From NCBI GenBank assembly GCA_946406355.1, contig CAMJKI010000001.1, forward strand, positions 3,359 through 67,358: a DNA stretch of 64,000 bases. Direction: 5' to 3'. The stretch is from an uncultured Bacteroidales bacterium. GTDB lineage: Bacteria; Bacteroidota; Bacteroidia; Bacteroidales; UBA932. A program made the translations under genes and the position numbers. Shown in pieces: positions 56,661 to 64,000 of the stretch; the stretch's first letter is position 1; each line of letters opens with the position of its first letter. The notes under the pieces were generated by a model. The model saw only the letters and a list, made by a program, of their open reading frames with translations, did not search any database and was not told where the DNA came from.

Positions 56661-57779
56661 ATGAAGGTCGCGCTCCTGTCCAGTTTTTACCCCCTTCGGG
56701 GCGGCATTTCCCAGTTCAACGCCAGCTTGCTGGAGGGACTGGGAAAATGCGCTTTTGATACCCGGGCCTTCTCCTTTTCGCGGCAGTACCCCAATTTCCT
56801 GTTTCCCGGAAAAACGCAGTACGTAACCCCGGAAGACGAGGCCACGCCGGTACAGGCCGATGCCCTGCTGGACACCATGAATCCCCTCACCTACGTGAAA
56901 ACCGCACGGGCCATCCGGGAATGGGGAGCCGACCTGCTGGTGATGAAGTACTGGATGAGCTGGTTTGCACCCTCGCTGGGCTATGTGGCCCGGCATGCCG
57001 GATGCAAAAGCGTAGCCATTCTGGACAATGTAATCCCCCACGAGCCCCACTGGTTTGACAAGCCCCTCACCCGGTATTTCCTGAAGGGCTGCAGCGGCTT
57101 TGTGGCCATGTCGGACAGCGTGCAGAAAGACTTGCTGCAGCTGCGTCCAAACGCCCCCCATATCCTGCTTCCCCATCCGCTATACTCCCATTTCGGGGAA
57201 AAACTTCCCCAGGAAGAGGCGCAGCGCAAACTGGGGCTCCGTCCCGGTCTCAAAACCATCCTCTTCTTCGGCCTCATCCGCGAATACAAGGGATTGGATA
57301 TCCTGCTGGAAGCGTTCCGCACCCTGCCGGAAGACTATCAGCTGCTAATTGCCGGAGAGCCTTACGGTTCCTTCGAGAAGTACCAGACTCTCATAGACAC
57401 CATGCCCGGGAAAGAGCGCGTGCACGTATTCCCGGACTACATCCGGGATTCGGAGGTAAAGAACTTCTTCAGTGCGGCCGATGTGGCTGTGCTCCCCTAC
57501 CGGAGCGCCACCCAGAGCGGCATCAGTTCCATTGCCTACCACTTCGACATTCCCATGGTGGTTACCGACGTCGGCGGCCTCAAGGGCACCATCGGCGACC
57601 GTGGCACGGGAATTGTCGCATCTGCCCCGGACCCGCTGCTAATCCGGGAGGAAATCCTCCGCTATTTTGCCAACCCGGCGCTTCGGGAAAGCTGTATCGC
57701 GGCTATCGGCCGGGAAAAACAGCGCCTGAGCTGGGATGTGTTTTGCCGCAGCCTGGCCGACTTTGCCGGCACATTATAA
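56661..57779 (+). CDS. Glycosyltransferase family 4
   Basis: YPLRGGI, FFGLIREYKGLD, LPYRSATQSG, P.VVTDVGGL. Confidence 0.92.
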   Translation: MKVALLSSFYPLRGGISQFNASLLEGLGKCAFDTRAFSFSRQYPNFLFPGKTQYVTPEDEATPVQADALLDTMNPLTYVKTARAIREWGADLLVMKYWMSWFAPSLGYVARHAGCKSVAILDNVIPHEPHWFDKPLTRYFLKGCSGFVAMSDSVQKDLLQLRPNAPHILLPHPLYSHFGEKLPQEEAQRKLGLRPGLKTILFFGLIREYKGLDILLEAFRTLPEDYQLLIAGEPYGSFEKYQTLIDTMPGKERVHVFPDYIRDSEVKNFFSAADVAVLPYRSATQSGISSIAYHFDIPMVVTDVGGLKGTIGDRGTGIVASAPDPLLIREEILRYFANPALRESCIAAIGREKQRLSWDVFCRSLADFAGTL

Positions 57780-57789
57780 TTAGAAAACC

Positions 57790-59496
57790 ATGAAAAGAAT
57801 CGCCATCCTCGTTCTCTCCGCCTTTCTCGCCTCCTTCGGCGGGACAGCCTTCGCCCAGGACAACAACGGCGGATACGTTCCCACCCCGGTCACCGTTTCC
57901 AAGGAAAAGGTGAAACTGAACGGGAAAATCTACCTGTCCCACGTGGTGCTGGAGCGCCAGACGCTCTTCGGCATCGCCAAGGCCTATGGCGTAAGCGTGG
58001 ACGAAATCTATGAGGCCAATCCCCCACTTCGGGAGACGGGCCTGCAGAAGAACGCCATTATCCTGATTCCTTTCAAGGAAGGCGCGGCCGAGGCTGTGGC
58101 TCAAGCTCAGGCACAGGAGCCCGAAGCAGCTTCTCCCGCTACCTATATCGAGCACACGGTGCGCTGGTATGAAGACCTGGACGACATTGCCAAGAAATAC
58201 GGCGTGTCGGCCAAGGATATCATGGATCTTAACGGCCTCAAGAACAAAAAGCTGCAAACCCGCCAGGTACTGAAGATTCCCGCAAGGGGCGAAGGTGTGT
58301 CCGTGGTGGTACCGGAAGAAGGCCGGGAAATTACAGAAGAGGCCCAGGAAGGCCCTTCCATCGCCCAGGAGGCCGTTTTAGAGGAAGAGGGAGCCGATCC
58401 TGCTCCGCTGGAGGGCGCACAGCGTCCCAACCAGCTGGACAGCACCCTCCTGGCCTGGACTTCCCGGGACCAGGTGGACATGTCGCTCATTCTGCCCCTG
58501 AATGCCGGCGGAAAGGTGAGCGAGGTAAATATGGACTTTTACTCCGGCGTGCTCATGGCCGTGAAGGACCTGGAAGCCGAAGGACTCAAGGTGAACCTGA
58601 ACGTATATGACCTGTCGGCCGGCCTGCCGCCCATCGATGCCCTGGTGAAGGACGACTTTGTGCTGGGTCCGGTGGCCAGCCGGGACATTGAGGCCATTTT
58701 GCAGCGGGTTGACGGGCGCGTACCCGTGATTTCCCCGCTGGACCAGAAGGCCGGCACCCTGGCCGCCAATTACAGCAACTTCATCCAGGCCCCCACCCCT
58801 GTAGAAAACCAGTACGACGACCTGGGCCGATGGGTGAAGGAAGACTTTAAGGATGGCGAGCGCATCCTGTTCATCAGCGAGAAAGGCGCCGGCAACGTAA
58901 CCGCTTCCGTGGCCATCCGAACCGCCATGGCCCAGCTGAATCTTCCCTACGAGATTCTTAGCTACGCCATTGTGGAAGGCCGCGGCATTCCCAATATCCT
59001 TACGGAAAAGATGGCCAAGGGCGTGGTGAACCGCGTGGTGGTAGCCTCGGAGAGCGAAGCTTTCATCGGCGATGTTATCCGCAACCTGGGCATCATGATG
59101 GGCAAGGGTTACGACATTGTGATGTACGCCCCGTCCAAAGCCCGCACCTTCGACACCATCGACGGCAGCGCCTATCACCAGGCTTCCCTGCACATCAGCA
59201 CCTCGTACTATGTAGATTACGACAGCCCGGCAGTGGACAGCTTTGTGAAAGCCTACCGCGCCCTGTTCCAGACCGAACCTTCGCAGTTTGCCTTCCAGGG
59301 CTACGATACCGCACGCTACTTTGTGAGCAGCTGCGCCCGTTACGGTCACGCCTGGACCCGCATGCTGGGCAATAACAAGGTTTCCCTCCTGCACACGGAC
59401 TTCCAGTTCTCCGACGACGGGAACAACAACCACCAGAACACGGCGGTGCGCCGCATCGTGTACCAGAAAGATTACATGACCACCTTACAGCAATAA
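57790..59496 (+). CDS. LysM-repeat protein with C-terminal periplasmic-binding-protein type 1 domain
   Basis: Two LysM repeats (H.V...QTLFGIAKAYGV; HTV....L..IAKKYGV); DFYSG.LMA, FAFQGYD. Confidence 0.82.
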   Translation: MKRIAILVLSAFLASFGGTAFAQDNNGGYVPTPVTVSKEKVKLNGKIYLSHVVLERQTLFGIAKAYGVSVDEIYEANPPLRETGLQKNAIILIPFKEGAAEAVAQAQAQEPEAASPATYIEHTVRWYEDLDDIAKKYGVSAKDIMDLNGLKNKKLQTRQVLKIPARGEGVSVVVPEEGREITEEAQEGPSIAQEAVLEEEGADPAPLEGAQRPNQLDSTLLAWTSRDQVDMSLILPLNAGGKVSEVNMDFYSGVLMAVKDLEAEGLKVNLNVYDLSAGLPPIDALVKDDFVLGPVASRDIEAILQRVDGRVPVISPLDQKAGTLAANYSNFIQAPTPVENQYDDLGRWVKEDFKDGERILFISEKGAGNVTASVAIRTAMAQLNLPYEILSYAIVEGRGIPNILTEKMAKGVVNRVVVASESEAFIGDVIRNLGIMMGKGYDIVMYAPSKARTFDTIDGSAYHQASLHISTSYYVDYDSPAVDSFVKAYRALFQTEPSQFAFQGYDTARYFVSSCARYGHAWTRMLGNNKVSLLHTDFQFSDDGNNNHQNTAVRRIVYQKDYMTTLQQ

Positions 59497-59498
59497 GC

Positions 59499-60428
59499 AT
59501 GGAAAAAGTAAAGTGCCTCATCCTGGGCGGCGGCCCTGCCGGTTTTACGGCTGCCATCTATGCCTCACGCGCCAACCTGGCTCCGGTTCTGTACGAGGGC
59601 ATCCAGCCCGGCGGACAGCTTACCACCACTACCATCGTAGAGAATTTCCCGGGCTTTCCCGGCGGCGTAGATGCCAACACGCTAATGGATTCCATGCGGG
59701 AACAGGCCCGTAGTTTCGGGGCCGATATCCGCATGGGAACGGCCACGGAGGCCAATTTGGGCCAGCGGCCCTTCCGGGTGGTGATTGACGGAGAGCAAGA
59801 GCTGGAGGCCGAAACCCTTATCATTGCCACCGGCGCCCAGGCCCGCTATCTGGGACTGCCTTCCGAAGAGAAATACAAGGGCTCGGGCGTAAGTGCCTGC
59901 GCCACCTGCGACGGTTTCTTCTTCCGCAAGAAAACCGTAGCCGTGGTGGGCGGCGGAGACACCGCCTGTGAAGAGGCCCTCTACCTGGCCGGACTGGCCC
60001 AAAAAGTATATATGATTGTGCGCCGGGATGTTTTCCGCGCGTCCAGCATCATGCAGGAAAAAGTGCTTGCCAAAGATAATATAGAGGTACTTTGGAACTG
60101 CAATACCCAGGAAGTGCTGGGTGACGGACTGGGCGTTACGGGCGCCCGCCTGCTACGCAAGGACGGCACGGTGTTCGATATTGCCATCGACGGCTTTTTC
60201 CTGGCCATCGGCCACGCACCCGCATCGGCCCTGTTCGCGCCCTGGCTGGCCCTGGACGGGAATGGTTATATCCTTACCGACGGGAAGACCTCCTGCACCA
60301 GCATACCCGGTGTATTTGCCGCCGGCGACGTGCAGGACCCGCGCTACCGTCAGGCCATTACGGCCGCCGCATCGGGCTGCATGGCCGCCCGCGATGCCGA
60401 AAAATTCCTGATTGAACAAAACAGTTAA
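59499..60428 (+). CDS. trxB: Thioredoxin reductase
   Basis: GGGPAG, GGQL, CATCDG, GGGDTA, FAAGDV, QAITAA. Confidence 0.96.
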   Translation: MEKVKCLILGGGPAGFTAAIYASRANLAPVLYEGIQPGGQLTTTTIVENFPGFPGGVDANTLMDSMREQARSFGADIRMGTATEANLGQRPFRVVIDGEQELEAETLIIATGAQARYLGLPSEEKYKGSGVSACATCDGFFFRKKTVAVVGGGDTACEEALYLAGLAQKVYMIVRRDVFRASSIMQEKVLAKDNIEVLWNCNTQEVLGDGLGVTGARLLRKDGTVFDIAIDGFFLAIGHAPASALFAPWLALDGNGYILTDGKTSCTSIPGVFAAGDVQDPRYRQAITAAASGCMAARDAEKFLIEQNS

Positions 60429-60431
60429 ACG

Positions 60432-61253
60432 ATGAGAACCTTGAAGACAGCCGCAGTGATCCTTTTGGTGGCAGCAGCAGCCTGCGCCTCCCAATTCGAA
60501 ACCCTGCTCTCTTCCAACGACGTAGAAGCCAAATACGCCGCCGCCATGGATTTTTACCAGAAAAACAAGTTTGCCAAGGCGGCACAGCTGTTCGAATCCC
60601 TGGCCGTACTCACCAACGGCACCGCCCGGGACGATACGGTACAGTTCTACTGGGGCCTTTCCAACTATCGGAATAAGGATTTCTACACGGCCGAAGGCAA
60701 TTTTGCCAGCTTTGTCCAAACCTTCCCGCGCAGTCCCTTCGCCTCCGATGCGGAGTTCTACCGGCTGGACTGCCTGTACCGCGCCACCTACCGGTACGAA
60801 CTGGACCAGATGCCCACCCGTTCCTGCATGGCGGCCATCGCCCAGTACGAACGGGAGCATCCCGACGACGCAGTGCACCTGGCCGCCTGCGCCGAGATGA
60901 AACACGACCTGCAGGACCGTCTGGACCGCAAGGACTTTGAAGCCGGCAAGCTGTACTACAGGATGGAAGACTATCTGGCCGCCCAGGTGAAACTGAGGAA
61001 CGTGCTCAAGACCAATGCCGATAATTTCTATCGCGAAGACGTGTTGTACTACACCGCCATGTCTTCCTACCACTATGCCCGGCTCAGCTTCCCCGCCAAG
61101 CGCAAGGAACGGTATCTGGTATTCTCCGACGACTACCTGAACTTTGTGGGCGAATATCCGGAATCCCGTTACCGCAAGGAACTGGACGGCATTTACCGCC
61201 GGGTGCAGGACATCCTGGGCAAGGATGCTCCGGATCCCGAAACCGCCGAATGA
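60432..61253 (+). CDS. bamD: Outer membrane protein assembly factor BamD
   Basis: Lipoprotein with TPR-like helices, FP.SP, LDQ..T; next to rpoZ. Confidence 0.85.
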   Translation: MRTLKTAAVILLVAAAACASQFETLLSSNDVEAKYAAAMDFYQKNKFAKAAQLFESLAVLTNGTARDDTVQFYWGLSNYRNKDFYTAEGNFASFVQTFPRSPFASDAEFYRLDCLYRATYRYELDQMPTRSCMAAIAQYEREHPDDAVHLAACAEMKHDLQDRLDRKDFEAGKLYYRMEDYLAAQVKLRNVLKTNADNFYREDVLYYTAMSSYHYARLSFPAKRKERYLVFSDDYLNFVGEYPESRYRKELDGIYRRVQDILGKDAPDPETAE

Positions 61254-61314
61254 AAAATTTTTGAAACTTCCGGGAAACCGGCGGTGTACTCTATAAAGAA
61301 TAACGTATTATATT

Positions 61315-61656
61315 ATGGATAACAAGAAGAAAGTACCCGTAAACACGGTCACACGCGACATCAAGAATCTGGCCGCCCCTACCGGCAACATTTACGAATC
61401 GGTTGTAATCCTTTACAAGCGGGCCAACCAGATTGCCCTGGCCGAAAAGAAAGAACTCACCAAGAAACTGGAAGAGTTCCGCAACGACCGTGACACCATG
61501 GAAGAAGTGTTCGAGAACAAGGAGCAGATTGAAATCTCCAAGTACTACGAGCGTCAGCCCAAACCGGACCTGGTAGCCATCTCCGAGTTCGAAAACGGCG
61601 AACTGTTCTACCGCAAAGCCCAAAGCGAGAACCCCATCGACATCAAAGGCGAATAA
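61315..61656 (+). CDS. rpoZ: RNA polymerase omega subunit (Bacteroidota type)
   Basis: TGNIYESVVI..KRANQI, EVFENKEQIEISKYYERQPKP. Confidence 0.9.
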   Translation: MDNKKKVPVNTVTRDIKNLAAPTGNIYESVVILYKRANQIALAEKKELTKKLEEFRNDRDTMEEVFENKEQIEISKYYERQPKPDLVAISEFENGELFYRKAQSENPIDIKGE

Positions 61657-61659
61657 GGC

Positions 61660-63309
61660 ATGCTCTCCGGCCTCCACGTCTCCAATTACATCTTGATAGA
61701 CTCTCTGGACATACAGTTTCCGGAGGGTCTCATCATTATTACCGGAGAGACGGGAGCCGGAAAGTCCATCCTGCTGGGGGCTCTTTCCCTGGTTCTGGGT
61801 GCAAAGGCCGATGCCGGCGTGGTGGGGCCGCATGCCGAGAACTGCGTGGTGGAAGCCAGCTTTGCCACGGAAAAGGATGAAGCCCTGTGCCGGATTCTCC
61901 GGGAGAACGACATCCCCTTCGAAGACGGAGAGCTGGTGCTGCGCCGGGTTGTGAGCCGCAGTGGCCGATCCCGTTGTTTTGCAGCCGACGAGCCCGTATC
62001 CGTGGCCGTGCTGCAAGAGCTGAGCACCTGCTTGGTAGATATCCATTCCCAACACCAGACCCTTCAGCTTTCCGACGCCCGCTTCCGGCTGGACGCTCTG
62101 GATTTACAGGCCGGCAACAAGGAACTGCGTTCCCGTTGCGCCGATGCCTGGGCCCGCCTGCAAAGCAGCCGCAAGGCTTTGGAAACGCTTCAAAACCAGC
62201 GGAGTACACTGCTGCGGGAACGGGAATACAATGCCGCTCAGTTCGAGCAGCTGAACCAGGCTCATTTGCAGGACGGCGAACTGGAGGAACTGGAGGCCGA
62301 ACAGAAGCAGCTGGCTCACGCAGAGGAAATCAAGGAAACCCTCTGCTCGGCCGAAGCCCTGTTCAATCCGGAAGAGGAGATGGGCCTGCCCCTTAGCCAG
62401 CGCCTGCGGGAGGCGGAAAAACTGCTGGAAAAGGCCGGACGCTACGTGCCTTCCCTTTCCCCGCTGGTGCAACGCATCCAGAGCACCCGCCTGGAACTGG
62501 ACGACATAGAGGCCGAGATTGACGCAGCCAACGGCAGCACGGAAGTTTCTCCGGAACGCCTCGCCTGGGTGGAAGACCGGCTGGGAACGCTGTACGGCCT
62601 GCTCAAGAAGCACGGTGTAAGCACCCTGCCGGAGCTGATTGCCCTGCGCGACAGGCTGGACAGCCTCTTGCAGGAGGCTGACAACCTGGACCAGCGGGAA
62701 CAGGAACTGGAAAAAGCTGTTGCACAGGCGCAGGAAGCCTATGACCAGTCGGCCGAGGCCCTGCACCGGAAGCGCATGGATGCCGCCGGTCCCTTTGCAG
62801 AGGCCCTGCAGCAGCAATTGCGGGAGCTGGAACTGGATCATGCGGTTTTCCTGGTTTCCGTAGAGGCCGCTACGCCGGACGCCCAGGGCAAGGACAGCGT
62901 CAACTTCCTGTTTTCGGCCTCCGGACAACGCCCCGCCGATGTAGCAAAAGCGGCATCGGGCGGCGAACTTTCCCGCATCATGCTAAGCCTCAAGGCCCAG
63001 ATGGCCCGCCATACGCAGATGCCCACCCTGGTTTTCGACGAAATCGATACGGGCGTATCGGGCAGCGCGGCCGACAAAATGGGCTCCCTGGTGTGCCGGA
63101 TGGGCGCTCACATGCAAGTATTTGCCATTACCCACCTGCCGCAAGTGGCGGCCAAAGGCCAGGCGCATTACCTGGTGTCCAAATCCAACGACGTCACCTC
63201 CATCCGCCTGCTGGACCGGGAAGGACGCGTCCGGGAAATTGCCCGGATGCTTTCCGGCTCCACCATTACGGAGGCGGCTGTTGCCAACGCAAAATCCCTG
63301 TTAGCATAG
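61660..63309 (+). CDS. recN: DNA repair protein RecN
   Basis: ITGETGAGKS, DIHSQHQ, ASGGELSRIML, FDEIDTGVSG, ITHLPQVA. Confidence 0.96.
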   Translation: MLSGLHVSNYILIDSLDIQFPEGLIIITGETGAGKSILLGALSLVLGAKADAGVVGPHAENCVVEASFATEKDEALCRILRENDIPFEDGELVLRRVVSRSGRSRCFAADEPVSVAVLQELSTCLVDIHSQHQTLQLSDARFRLDALDLQAGNKELRSRCADAWARLQSSRKALETLQNQRSTLLREREYNAAQFEQLNQAHLQDGELEELEAEQKQLAHAEEIKETLCSAEALFNPEEEMGLPLSQRLREAEKLLEKAGRYVPSLSPLVQRIQSTRLELDDIEAEIDAANGSTEVSPERLAWVEDRLGTLYGLLKKHGVSTLPELIALRDRLDSLLQEADNLDQREQELEKAVAQAQEAYDQSAEALHRKRMDAAGPFAEALQQQLRELELDHAVFLVSVEAATPDAQGKDSVNFLFSASGQRPADVAKAASGGELSRIMLSLKAQMARHTQMPTLVFDEIDTGVSGSAADKMGSLVCRMGAHMQVFAITHLPQVAAKGQAHYLVSKSNDVTSIRLLDREGRVREIARMLSGSTITEAAVANAKSLLA

Positions 63310-63318
63310 AACTGAATA

Positions 63319-63771
63319 ATGGCTCTTTCCCTCAACACAACACCTACCATTGACGAATTCCGGACTCAGCTCCGCAGACATAACCTCAAAGCCACCCGGC
63401 AGAGACTGGCTGTGCACGAAGCCATGATGGGCCTCGGGCACGCGTCGGCCGATATGGTGCGGGAAGAACTGGCACGGCAAGGTTCCCATGTAACCGTGGC
63501 TTCCGTGTACAACATTCTGTCGCAGCTGGCCGACCTCCGCATTTACGGACGCCGCCTGTCGGCCACCAATAAAATGTTCTTTGACATCAATACCTTCAAG
63601 CACATACACCTCTACGACCGGGAAAACCACACCTACCGGGATCTGGTAGATGACGAACTGTCTTCCCTGGTGAATGCGCACCTAAAGCGGCGCAAGTTCA
63701 AGGGGTATTCCATAGAAGACATTGACATACAATTGATTGCACGTCCTACAAGAAAATCAAAACTATTATGA
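63319..63771 (+). CDS. Fur family transcriptional regulator
   Basis: LKATRQRLAV, HASAD, ASVYN.L, FD....HIH. Confidence 0.88.
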   Translation: MALSLNTTPTIDEFRTQLRRHNLKATRQRLAVHEAMMGLGHASADMVREELARQGSHVTVASVYNILSQLADLRIYGRRLSATNKMFFDINTFKHIHLYDRENHTYRDLVDDELSSLVNAHLKRRKFKGYSIEDIDIQLIARPTRKSKLL

Positions 63772-64000
63772 GAAAGTATATTCTTATCCTTGTCGCCTGC
63801 GCCCTGGCCGCCACGTCCTGCAACCTGGACGACCAGTTCTCCGCCACCAATGTAACGGATCTGGTCACCGTTTACAGCAACACCATGCTGATTAATGATT
63901 ATAACACGTCCTACACCATTACAACGGATGAAACCGACCACCTGTGGCAGAAGGGAGACCGCCTGATGATTCTGTTCGACATCCACAACCGGGACTACGA
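63768..64000 (+). CDS. Lipoprotein, possibly NigD-like; 3' end outside the window
   Basis: MRKYILILVACALAATSC lipobox; open to the window end; ATGA overlap with the fur stop. Confidence 0.65.
   Translation, partial: MRKYILILVACALAATSCNLDDQFSATNVTDLVTVYSNTMLINDYNTSYTITTDETDHLWQKGDRLMILFDIHNRDY

Overview
64 kb of GC-rich chromosome from a Bacteroidota bacterium, most likely an anaerobic gut or rumen Bacteroidales. The basis is TAnnTTTG (-7) promoter boxes in front of most transcription units plus gene content; finer taxonomy cannot be fixed from the sequence alone. Most of the window is housekeeping: partial clpC, an Lrp-linked metY-metX-thrA operon, S46 dipeptidyl-peptidase, uridine phosphorylase, pncB, prfB, murI, def-ruvX, dxr-rseP, rpsT, three tRNAs (Asn, Glu, Pro), gdhA, nadK-uppS-bamA-ompH, pdxJ and trxB-bamD-rpoZ-recN-fur. 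No integrase, transposase, prophage, rRNA or CRISPR array was seen. The points most worth following up are: (1) a translationally coupled four-gene RiPP-like cassette (HPr-kinase-like ATPase, soluble S26 peptidase, PqqD/RRE, ABC exporter) with no precursor or cyclase nearby; (2) a peptidoglycan-salvage neighbourhood containing a HxHxQ (DUF4922-like)-SpoIID/LytB fusion protein; (3) a variable patch at 10.3-12.5 kb with a probable internally deleted DMT gene, a 27-bp-IR MITE-like element and an unannotated 55-aa ORF; (4) prfB without the programmed frameshift; (5) several families of intergenic palindromic repeats, including anti-tRNA-Pro copies. All family assignments come from motif recognition by eye, not from database searches.
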